From Amoebophrya sp. A120 (taxonomy: Eukaryota > Protista > Dinoflagellata), in assembly GCA_905178155.1 (NCBI GenBank), contig CAJINV010000004.1, forward strand, positions 5,992,828 through 6,056,827: a stretch of 64,000 bases of DNA, given 5' to 3'. A program made the translations under genes and the position numbers. Below the pieces are notes generated by a model. It searched no databases. It saw nothing but the letters and a program-made list of their open reading frames with translations, and was not told where the DNA came from. How positions within the stretch are numbered: position 1 is the stretch's first letter; each line of letters opens with the position of its first letter. Of the stretch, positions 1-11,300 are shown piece after piece.

Positions 1-35
1 GGCTATATAAGTACGTCATCTACCTATTCTTGTTC

Positions 36-3000
36 TCAATACGACCTCTTGAAACTAAGTATGAAACGGAAATCTTCCAAAAGAGGGATTGATTCTAGTA
101 GGTACGCCGCCAGCGTTTTCTCAAAGGCCTGGAAATGTTCGTTGCCCACTGCGAGTTTCGGGAAGCTGGAGGAGACCTTGTCGACCTGCCAGCTGGTGTT
201 TTGTTTCATTTTTGCGATTATGCAATGCAAAAGTATAATTGTATCGTACTAGTATGAATTGCATGACAAATCTTTCATAGAAGAAAAATGAAATTTGTCA
301 TGCAGTTTCAGGTAAGAAAGCAGATCTGTAATGCTAGACTCGCATTAATACGAGTACGATACTTTTTTATTTGCAACGCATAGCGATGTCCACACCGGTT
401 TTGTCCAGCGAAACCGCCAGAGGATCCAGAATCGCTTTCTCCAAGGACTTATCAAGTGCAAATATGTCTGAGTCTGGAAGAATCAAGGCTTGTCATGCTT
501 GTCTGGCATGACCTATGATGCTTGTAATGCATGAGCCAGCATCACAGATTTTTGGAAGGCTTCCTGATGCCATTTCCGCATGACATCAAATGCCCTCCTC
601 GCGTAGCACAAATGTGGCTCCTCTTGATGGTCATGCAATACAGATTTCTTTAGAGTCCAAAGTTAGCATCACAAGTTCCAACTTTCCAGACCCAGACATT
701 TTTGCACTTGATACGACTTCTCGAACGCGGGCAGGCCGTCGAGGTTGCTGGAGATGTCGAACATCTGTTGCCCGCCTGCACCGTTCGCTGCTTGGTTGTT
801 GTGCGAGTTCAAAAGGAGTTCCGCGGCCTGGAACCGGCAGGGGTGGTCCGGCACCTCCAAAATGCGGGTCAAATTCGCACTGATCTGCTGGAGGTTGCGC
901 ATACTCAGGTTCGCTTTCTGCAGGAGCCAGAGCCCGTATTTCGCAAACCGGGGATCGATTAAGAGGGTGGAAACCTAAATTGAAAATCCGATTTGTTTGT
1001 CGACGAACAAGGTCTTTAAGGCTGTGCGTACATCAAAACATCATCGCATACAAAACGCTCACTTCAAAGATAGAGGCCGACAAGTAAGTCAACGAGGCTT
1101 CTAATTCTATTCCCAAGCAATACATACGGATACGCTAACGCTAACGGACGCAAGAACGAAGTGGAAGTTAAATAAAGCATGAAAATGCTGAGGCTCCTCG
1201 CGTCTGTCAAAAATCACTGATTGTATAAATAGTACCCTCCCAAGGCTGGTTTGGTGCGTGCAGAGCGCCGCGGTTAACTTGAGCAAATTTGGGTCGTGGA
1301 GCTGCTCGCCGCCGGTAGTAGTACTCAAACCCGTCGCTTCGGCCCACACCTCTTCCGTCTTCGCCAGCAGTTCGATCGCGCGACTAGCCTCGCAGGCCCC
1401 GGAAATAATTGCGTTGCCCGATAGGATGCAGGCCACAATCTGCGTGTTGCGGTCCGGGGAGCTGAACAGTGCGACGACGAGCCCGAGGCCGGACTCGGAG
1501 AACAGAAACTGCTTCAAGTCGTCCTCCAACGCGAACCAGAAGAGCTTGGCCAGCAGCTCATGCACCACCGCCGGTCTCTGGGGATGGAGCAATTGCAGGA
1601 TGACCTCCCGGGCCTCGATATCCTAACCAAAAACGTCCCCACCGCAGAGTTGTCATGCAGATTTCCATCTACAGAAACATTTGTAATGCGGGTACCCATC
1701 ATGAGAGGTATTTCCATTCGTGTTTTGGAATTTGTAATGCTGGAAACAGGATGAGCAGATGGATTTGTGATGCGTTTGTCCTTACTAACCTGCACTACGC
1801 TACGCACTGCAACCTGTCATGCGTGGCCCCCAAAACGTCTAGATTTGTGTTGCTAAGTGCCCAACTTGACTATGGGGCGGGCACGTTTTTACACAGGATA
1901 CTCGATTAGCGTCGCGGTCATGATCCGGGGAAATTGGTCGCTATGCATTGCAAAAGTATCGCACTAGTATAAATCGCAACACAAATTGGCTCAGCATTAC
2001 AAAGTGAATTTGTAATGCGCATTTGCCCTAAGAAAAAGATTTGTAAATGCATGATCGCAATTAGTACGAGTACGAGGATGCTTTTGCAGTTCATAGTCGC
2101 CACTGTTCAGCAAGATCGCCGACAACAGACCGCGAATAGACCTAGCGAATGCATTGGTTGCGTGCTAGTTGTATCAGCTGTCAATGATCGCTTCACAAAT
2201 TTTTAAAATTCTAATTCTTTATATCAACGGAGAAGCATCAAAACGCAATTTTTCGTCGTGCAGGTGCATGCACTGCTAGTGCTACAGAAACAGCTGGGAA
2301 ATCGGCACTTTGTCATGCTGTATTAAGAACCGATAGTATAAATACGGAAAGTTATCTGGCACGTCCAAGGCCCGGAACAGCCTTTGCAGGAACCCGACCT
2401 TGCCTTGCAACTGCTCCACCACGCTCAATTTGCCCACCTTCACCGCCCCGGTCAGCAACTGCGCGGCCTGCGCCAAGCACTCCGGCGGGTTCCCGTTCAG
2501 AATGTGGTCGGTGCAGATCTGCAGCACCTCGGGGTGGGCCAGCCGGTACACTTCCGTGGCGTACTTTTCGTCGACACACAGCTTCGGTAAGGTTTTGAAC
2601 AGGTTGCTGCGGACAAAGTCCGGCCCGAAGACGAAGCGCGAAACGGACAGGCCGGCGTTTTCGAACTCGAGGAATTTCCAGATGTGCAGCTGCTTTTCCA
2701 GTCGGATCACCTCGCTGTTCAGACAGTACTGGAGAAAAATGCTCAGCTTCGCTTTTCGGTCTTCTACAACCACCGGGTCGGTGCTGTCCATCCCTTTCTG
2801 CGGTAAGACGGGCAGGTTTAGGTCCAGGGGCGTGAGCGCCGCGTGCAGGGTGAAGAAGTCGTTGAACCTGAAATCATGCAAATGCATCTGCAGTTTCTTG
2901 TTGTACAACAGTGTGGATTAAAAACAGAACCAACAGCCTTGAGATGAACGGGTCTAGCGGAAATTTTTCATGGCCATGGGTGTTGTCGCGGAGCACTTAA

Positions 3001-4259
3001 TACCCACACGATTGGTGTTCTTCAGTGCGACCAAATGATCTTCCATTTCCTTACCTGTGGTTCACAATGCGGTCCCGGCCGAAGTCGTGCACCTCTATCA
3101 CGTAGTCTGTGTATTCCTGCAGTAGAAAACTAAGTTTCGTTTCTGTCCGGTTGATCTTCACGTACACTGGGCGACTGGTATCTACCACGACCTCGGGTGG
3201 CTTTGCGTCCGGTAACGCGTTGTAGAGGGTGGTATTACCCGCGTTTATCTGCGAAGGGTCCTCGAACTGCAGTGTGCTGGAGAGCGCGTTTTGCATCAAA
3301 TTCGAAGCGGTGGACGAGAGCACACCCGTTGCCGCTCCAAGAGTGGATGCAGCAGAACTTGTTCCATATGCAATACAAATTTCCCGTACATGTACAAGAT
3401 GCATCACAAATTTCACCAATTTGCATTTGGAGCGTAAAACTTGTCATGCTACACTAGGATCAAAGCCAAGTTTTGTCATGCGGAGACCACATTTGTACCT
3501 GTACGGGAAATTTACTGTGGATATTCCACTTGCAAGTACACTAGCACCCGTAGCTGCAGCCCCCGACCCAGGAAGTAGACCACCTGCTCCTCCAGAGGAA
3601 CTCATCGAGGAAGATCCACCTGCTGCTGATCCTCTGTGCATCTGCTCGCTGGCACTCTGCAGCACCTGGCTAGCCCCCGCGGCTAAGAACTTCGTTGCGC
3701 CCCCCACCAGTGTGCCCGTCAGCGCGCCCGCCTTTTCGGCCATCGCGAGCGCGGCAGTGCGGTTCTGGTGCGGCCCGGCACCCGCGGCGGACCCAGGGAT
3801 TTGGCCACTGTTTGATATTGCAGCTCCTGGCATAGTCATAGGCATTCCACCAACTCCCGCAGAAGTTGTCATGCTGAACTGCCCGGTGGGTTGCAACGGT
3901 GGCGTCGCAGATGATGCTGGAAAAGAGGACAAACCACCACCCGCAGCAGATCCGAAAAAGCTAGTTGTACTGGAGCTGGGTCCTCCTGCTCCTGTCGGAG
4001 TTGGATTCGGATTTGACGCCGGCGCTCCGGCAAGCAAAGGATTAGTTGCACCGGAGGGCTGTTGCCCGGCCATGAGCGGGTTGTGCGACGTCATCAAGGG
4101 GTTGCTCGGAGGGGAGGACAAGGAACTACCTCCAGGTGGAATCCCGCCTCCGGTCAGCGGGTTATTTGAAACAGAAGCAAGCGGCGGCGCATGTTGCGGT
4201 TGTGTGCCAAGCTGGCTAACCGGCACCAAGGAAGGAATTCCGATGTCATCCAGGTCCAT
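36..4259 (-). CDS. PX (phox homology) domain protein with Gly/Ser/Pro-rich N-terminus; multi-exon
   Basis: Spliced PX motif: VYVKINRTE..EYTDYVIEV..NHR|FNDFFTLHAAL..LPVLPQK..EDRKAKLSIFLQ. GT-AG introns at 2868-3054 and 975-1235 plus 5 introners; joins such as AFEKS|LEKAILD..VDIA|KMKQ are in frame. 3' end uncertain. Confidence 0.75.
219..382. mobile_element. Introner, family A
   Basis: TATGCAATGCAA..TTGCAACGCATA; DR gcgat/gcgat; frame restored on removal. Confidence 0.9.
450..713. mobile_element. Introner, family B
   Basis: TATCAAGTGCA..GTCTGGAAG / TTCCAGACCCAGAC..TGCACTTGATA; DR ggact/cgact; frame restored. Confidence 0.9.
975..1235 (-). other. Conventional GT-AG intron
   Basis: Minus strand agg|GTACT...TTTTCAATTTAG|gtt joins LGR to VSTLLIDPRF in frame. 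Confidence 0.7.
1619..1900. mobile_element. Introner, family F
   Basis: TATCCTAACCAAAAACGTCCCCA..GCACGTTTTTACACAGGATA; DR ctcga/ctcga. Confidence 0.85.
1942..2095. mobile_element. Introner, family A
   Basis: TATGCATTGCAAAAG..CTTTTGCAGTTCATA; DR gtcgc/gtcgc. Confidence 0.9.
2868..3054 (-). other. Conventional GT-AG intron in PX domain
   Basis: cacag|GTAAGG...TTTCAG|gttcaac reconstitutes NHRFNDF. Confidence 0.8.
3367..3523. mobile_element. Introner, family E
   Basis: TATGCAATACAAATTTCCCG..CGGGAAATTTACTGTGGATA; DR ttcca/ttcca; joins ASG|TSSAA. Confidence 0.9.
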
Positions 4260-5042
4260 CTTTAATTAATCTGCTGGAATTCAAATTTTTTTTTGACCCA
4301 TGGCCATGTGATTCATCCGCGCGCTATTGTTAAAATTGATCCAGTTCTTGTACATCACTTGACGAAATTGACAAGTCATGTGAGTTTCGGTTCCGACACT
4401 GTGGTACGGCTCTTCCGCGGTCGTTGAAGAATAAGAAAGGTGGACGGCAAGCAGATCAGGATCGAACAAACTGCATGTTTGCAGATCTCCTCGCAGGTTT
4501 TCTGGCGGAAAAAGATATCAAATTCAAAACAAATTCTTGCTCACATGCGTGTACTAAAATCACGTCCACGAACTAACGAGGTGTGTAGTTTTTTTTTTTC
4601 ATATTCGTACCTTTCCATGTTTCTTTCTTCTGAAAAATTGCAGCAGAAAGACGGAACAAACGCGAAGCTAGAGCAAATTGTCTGGCGAAGCGACGAATAA
4701 CAAGCACCTAGCGGAAATCGAAAGTCATTGTGAACACCAAGCAGTCTCGTCCTGTTAGTACCTTTTGGTGCCCAGACTAGAGCGATGTCCTTCGCCACAC
4801 CGGTAACAGGCTTTTACTTTCGAAAGATGACGATCAGAGCGATCACCTATTTCCGGCGAATAAAATCCAGCCTAATCATCTTTTCTTTCGTCCCACACAG
4901 GGCTGGGCTCTTGTTCGCCTCGAAATCGAAAAATTAAAATTTTCAAAAACTCGTCTGATTGTCAACATCACGACTCGGGGTCCCGGTCCGGGTCTGCGAC
5001 AGGAATCGCGAAGCAGTAGTAGGTCGCATTGTTCCACCCCTA

Positions 5043-6748
5043 CTAGTCCTTCTTCAGTTCGAATTTTGGTTGCTGTACGACCCCGCTTTTGTCAATCGTG
5101 AAAATGTCGCAAGCATCGCCCGTGTAAATGTCGCGTTCGCCAGTCGAAGTCATCACGTCGCGGCCTGAACGAGAGAAAATTTTGGAAAAAATTAAAATTT
5201 ATATTTTTCACTTACGTGGTACTTGGGGACGAGAGGTCTTGTTTCAGGTGCAAGTGAAACTACAGCGTAGTTGTGTGTACGGGATAATCCAGACCTACTG
5301 GACTTTCAGGTGTATCTATAAGCATGGCTAGGTGGATATTGATTTCATCAAAATCCAGCACGGACGAACAATGTTGCATTGATGCAGAATCAGAAAAGCG
5401 TAGTTGTAAATCGCAAAGCGGCGTAGAAGTCGTAGTACAGAGGTCCAGCACTTCTGCGAGCTTGAGTGGCGCTTTCCTCTTCTTGTCCTCGGTGTAATTT
5501 CCCTGCTGTATGACGGCGTCGATTACTGGGTGGGCGAGTGAGCTTCCACTACCCGACGTCGTGTAGCTGGCGTGAAGAAATGATTGAAGCGGTTAAAGCG
5601 AAATACGCAATACAAATTTTCCGTAGTTGTACAACACGTACTGTACAAAATGCATGACAAATTATTCAAGCAAGTAGTTATACTCGACGCGCTCGAAGCT
5701 CCCAATGGCATCGTAGTGGTAGCACGCTCCCTTTCCCTCGCCGTCGGTTCCGGCGAGAATATTGAAGGTGTAGTAGGGAAAAAACCGCTTTCCGTAAAGC
5801 ACCGTGGAAAGCATCTGGGCGATTGCTGTGGTGGATGGCTCCTTCCGATGCTCGTGCTGGTACCTAATAGGAAAAAGACGCGCAAATTTTGGTTTTCCTT
5901 TCGCATTATTTTCTCTTCGATGGATTCGGACGGGTGGTTTTTCTGAACAGAGGACCACGCCTCCAATATGTAGATGAAATCATGCAGAGCAAAATTCATG
6001 CAATTCTGCCGAATAGCAATAGAGACACCGAAATAAACATCAAATCATCGCCCGACTTGGACTTACATTGTAATTCTGATTTTCAGCATTCGGTGCAACG
6101 TGATCGCATCTGCTTTCATTCCACAGCTCGTAATCACGCACTTCGATGTCAGTTGGGTCGTCTGTATTTTTTTTTGTTTTCGATGAAAGAAAGTTATGTT
6201 GAGAGGTGGGTCATTGTTGAGGTGATAATTGCATTCGAAACTGAAACTACACGAAGTTGTTCCACCATTTTTTGAGTACATCGTGGTCTCCTCCTCCTCG
6301 CAACATGCAACGACAACATGAGAAAATTTTGTTGAAGAAACCTTGGTATTATTTCTCGTGTGTATCGAGTATCCCTTGGAAAGTCGCTTATCGGAAATGA
6401 TGACGGCACCGTATCAAATGCAAAAGCGTCTGGGTCTGGAAGCATGTAACTTGTAATGCTAGTCCTCCACTCCTGTGAAATCTGTACTGCATGACTAAGA
6501 AAAAAAAGACGCCCTCTTTGGTCAAGCAAAAGCGCAGTTTCTCATGCGGACTGAGCAAGAGAGAGCGTTCTGAAAACTTGTCATGCTTGGTTGCATTGGC
6601 AAATATTTGAGTCATCCAGAGTTCTGCATCACAAGTTTCCAGACCCAGACATTTTTGCAGTTGATACACCGTCTTCGCACGCAATGCCAACTGCCGTCCC
6701 ACCATTGTCAGTGTATGGCGAAAACCGGTGCTCGATGGGTTGCGCCAT
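5043..6748 (-). CDS. PSMB1: Proteasome subunit beta type-1 (beta6/PRE7); multi-exon
   Basis: [86 protein letters not shown] follows the beta6 family throughout. Confidence 0.95.
6412..6666. mobile_element. Introner, family B, in proteasome gene
   Basis: TATCAAATGC..GCAGTTGATA; DR caccg/caccg; removal gives CEDG|AVIISDKR. Confidence 0.92.
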
Positions 6749-8322
6749 TTTCAGTGGAATTGTTTCTACTACGACTGCTAGTATTCTTCTATGAGAAAGA
6801 GTAAATGTTGTACACTTCTAGTACTTTGAAATTTGGGAAACTATCTCCCGCTTCGCCGCACTGAAGAAACTACAGAGCCATGAAGTTTTTGTTTTCTTTT
6901 TGTGTCGCGGAAAAATAAATTACAGCTTACATTGACATAAAAACGTAGGAGAGTTGTGTCGCTGGTGGCATCGTGGTACATGATCGTTTGTATGCAACAG
7001 AAGCAATGGAATTCAAGTGTGAGAGTGAGTACTGCTATTGCTTCTAGGACATCAATAGAAGCAACAAGAATCAATATCTTCAGTTCGTTCTTTTCCTTAG
7101 CGATGAGGCAAGAATGAATGTGCTGTCGCATCGTCCACATGGACTATCACAGCAAAATGAGTGGGATTGCCGGCAGTCGCGCCAAGTTCTACTTGCGAAA
7201 GGTTTTGATCTTGGAAGCAGGATGGATGTAACGCCAGTGGATGGGCGTATTGAAGTTGTTGAACGGTCGCGCCTCTTGCGCTGGCTTGCGACATTTCCTT
7301 TTCCTTCCTGATGTAGGGATGGAAATGGAATACTTAGCACAACTTACGACTGAGCTTGTTTCTGTTGAGCTTCAACATTGAACAGTTGGAACATCGACGC
7401 GAAAATCCTTTGACTGTGTGCTTGCTAATAGGCAAAAAATCTTTATAGTCGGAGCCTCGGTCTTCCACGTTATTATACAGTGTTTTAGTTTTTTGTTTGT
7501 ATGTTGCCGCCCCTTCTGTTGTTTAGTCGGACTTATGTACAGGCTCAGAAGGAGTCACAAAATAAATTGTTATAGCTGCTAAAGGAAGCTACTAATCATT
7601 CAGCGCAAACAAGTATGGTCGTGTAGCCGTCATTTTCGTCTTGTCTCTGCATGTGTACATTGATTTTGGCGAAACGACCGCACTTCCTGCTCTTCGTGTA
7701 CAGTTAATTCGAAAGTTTTTTTTCTAGCCAATCGTTCATGATATTACGGTGCGCAAGATATTGTCGTTCATACTGGTGGAATAAAGAAGTTTTGAGTTTT
7801 AGTATTATCTCATCAATAGCATGTTGGATTCTATTAAATTCATAGTACGATCCGCGTAGCATTCAGATGAAACAATAGAGAAACTTTATAAAGTGGACAA
7901 GCGTCGCTACATAAAGGGAAGAACGGGACAAATTATGGGGAGCGCTAAATGCTGATGAGCTTTTCAAGGTCAGCGTCGAAGCCACCGCCAGTCAAGTCAT
8001 ACATAAAAATTGCGTGGAAGGAAGTCTGAAGTTCTGTCCTGCTGTTCACTGAGTTCTATCCTGGAAAACGATGAAATCCAATACGAGTAGTTTCATAAGT
8101 CAAAAAAGTCATTGCAGCATTACTAGCTGCAGTGTCGAGTGTCACTTCGAAAGTTGTTCATATCATGTGTGATTCTTATCTATCATTCATCTTGCATATT
8201 TTTAGCGTTATTAATAGCACCAGCATGTTGTCGACACAACAAAAGTTAAGAAATGGTTTTCTGCAGTGGCGCTTCTCCTACATCACACCTCGCACCATTA
8301 CCATTTTCAACATCATGGCCTC

Positions 8323-11300
8323 CTACACCTCCACTACCTCATCCTCTCCGCTGAAAAGGGACGGCGAGGTGGAAGTACTATGTTCCGCAGTTCTACTACT
8401 CAAGCGGTCCAACTGCGATCTCCGTAGCAGGTCATTGGTCGTCGTTCCCTCCTCAGGCATCACTTCGTCGATAATATGCTCCTCGACCTCGAACTCGTAG
8501 CCCACCGCGGGAGGGACGGAAAAATTATCCTCCAAGTCGTCATCGTAGTGTCCCTGGTCGTCGCGGTCCGGAACTTCACTAAATGAAGATCCAGGACGAG
8601 GACTCGTCACAACATCCACATCGTCAACCTCAACATCTTCCGCATGATCATGAAGGTGTTGATTGCTGTTCCTCCTGTTGTTCATCGTAGCCGCCGGACC
8701 AGGACTACTTCTTCTATCATATGGCACGGAATTTTTCATCATGTAATAAGACGTGCCACCATGATCGTGTGCAGCATGTTCACTCGGATCTCCGAGTAGC
8801 AGCAAGCGGTGCATCTCTTCCTCGGCTTTTTCATCCCCATACGAGCGGAAGAATTCCCAACGGGACCTGCTCGCCTCGTCGGCTTGGTCCAGCAGTTTTT
8901 TCCGCCGCCCATACTCGGCTTCGTAGAAGTTCTGTTCTGGCTTGCGGTCTTGTTCTTCACGACTGGCGTTCTGGTTCTTGTGTCGTCCAACTGTTGTCGT
9001 CCCGTCAGCTTCGCCCCTGTCGTGGTCCTTTTCCTGCTTCTTATTTTCCTTCCTCGTGTGCGCTTCGATTTTTCCTCGAAACAGAGTCACGATGTGGGGC
9101 ATATGGAAGCGTCAGGTTTGAAATCGTCAAAGTTGAAGTAATCTGTAATGCATAAAATGCATGACCCGAGGTACGTGTGTTGCAGAGCAGGCAAGTGAGG
9201 CCGATTGTAAGCCTGTTTGGGGTTACAGCTCGAGCTGCTAAAGTAGCATGAGAAAATGACTCTTCTTTGCCTAAACAGCATGACAAACTGGATTTAGGGA
9301 CCACCGAGATTTGTCATGCGCCACTTGGAAACTGGGTTCCAACTGGCATCCATTTTATGCATGACAAATTATTTCAACTTTGTCGATTTCAACTCTGACA
9401 CATCCATAGGGCAACCAGCGCTCGTACACGTGTTTCGCGCCGAGGTGCAGCATATCAAATGCAAACATGTCTGGGTCTGGAAGAGTCATGCTGCTTTTGC
9501 ATGACACAGAAGGTCTGGGTCTGGGTCATGGAAGCTCTAGCGTCACAGGTTTCGAGAGGCTTCCGCAATGCCGAAACCGCGTGAGAAATGCGCCACTTTG
9601 GTGACAGAAACTAGTGGCAGTGGGCAGCTTTTGCCGCCTATGCATGAAAGATTTTTCTGTGTTGTGAAATGCGCAGCACAAGTTTGCATTCTTCCAGACC
9701 CAGACATATTTGCAATGTATACAGCACCGACCACCGCTCGCGCTGGTTTTGTCCCGCGGCGCTCTGGGCGCGCTGCAGTTTCGCCTTCGTGGCAGCGTCG
9801 TGGAGGTGGCGTGTGGATGCAGTGGCTTTGCCTGTGTCCTCTTTTCCGAGAAGTTATTACAGTGAAAAATGCCCCCACCCCCAAAGTTGCAATAATTTGT
9901 GATGCGAAGTCTCCAAATAAAAACTTTTATTTTGTCATGCGTGAAAGGAATATGAATCTTTGTGATGCAGAGTCTGGGCGTATATAGCATTGCTTGCATG
10001 ACAAGCGCCGATTTTGCTGGGATCTTTTGCAATACAAATTGTCGCTATTGTTCATCACGATTGGAAATCTGTGATGCTGCTAGATGCAAGAGGGCGAATG
10101 TTTCTCTTGGAAAGGTTTGCAATACAAATGCTCCCAAGTTCGGCGGTGGGGGCATTTTTCATTGTAATAGAAGTAGCTTTTTGTCTTCGCGGGAGAGCAC
10201 CCAGTCCTCTTCCTCGGGGGTCAGCGTCTTCCATGTGGAAAGAAAGTCGATAACGTCGTCCGGGCTGTCGGCCGCTGCTACGTCCACCGCCAGGGCGGCA
10301 GGGAAGTGCAGTGCGCGTTCGATCAGATGCACTAACCGCTGCTCGATGACGCGGCTGGGCAGCCCGTCGAGCGAGAATAACAGCGACGAGGCCGTCGAAC
10401 TGTGGCCAACATCTGCTTCGCTCTCGTCGCCGTAGTTGGGGGCCGAAGGGCCCGCGTTATTTCTGTAGTTTTTGTTCTTCCACAAGTTCTTTCGTAGAAA
10501 GGGTTTATTCCTGCTAGGACGATGAATTTCTTTCAGCTCTGCTTCCGCAAGCCCCCAGGTTATGTCATCGTCGGTAACCATCGGGGAGAGCCGGTGCCAG
10601 GTCCCAGAGCGCACCCGCTTCAGCGTCGCCAGCTCCTCCTGGCGCCGCTCCCACAGGCCCGTCGTCACGTGCTCCCACTGAAACGCGTTGGCTGCGGACT
10701 GCACGTAACGCAGGTAGGCCCCGAGCGGCGTGTAGTCGTGCAAAGCCACCACCGAATTGCGCAGCAGGGACAGAAGGGATATCGCCGCGAAGTCCTTGCC
10801 CGTTACGTGCGAGATGGAAGAGGAGAGCTTTGCGTATATTTCAAGTGGTCGTTTTTTATTCGTCCCGAACGTGCTCTCCTCTTGCTTCAGCAAAAAATCC
10901 AGCCGGTCATGCATCACCTTTACGTAGGCACCGATCACGGAGTGCGGGCCGGCGTCCGCGAAGTTGTGGTGCAGAAAGTTCGACAGCTCCAGTGTTTTCT
11001 TCTTCGCGGCAGCTTTGCGAGCTTCGGCTCTTGCTCTTCTTGCAGCAGCAGCATCAGCTCGGTTATCCACTACAGTAAATTTCCCGCACTTGTTGATGTA
11101 CAAAAAGCATCACAAATTTTGCCAACTTAGTAGAGCATGCCACTTGTCACGCTATCTAGGATGGAAGGCAAGCTTTGTCATGCAGAGACCGCATTTGTAT
11201 GTCTATGTCGTGTGCGGAAAATTTACTGTGGATATCTGTTCCTCCTCTTGTACTCGGTAGCGTTCCTGTTCAGCAAAATCGCTTTTGTGGATATCCTCTC

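Noticed and set aside
590-883. Recurring peptides such as ITSSNLPDPDIF, CKSIVLV and SKLK as a protein family
   Set aside because: These are translations of the non-coding introner TIRs.
3229-4269. Plus-strand ORFs here and elsewhere (e.g. 10522-11130, 54943-55566)
   Set aside because: Antisense shadows of minus-strand genes.
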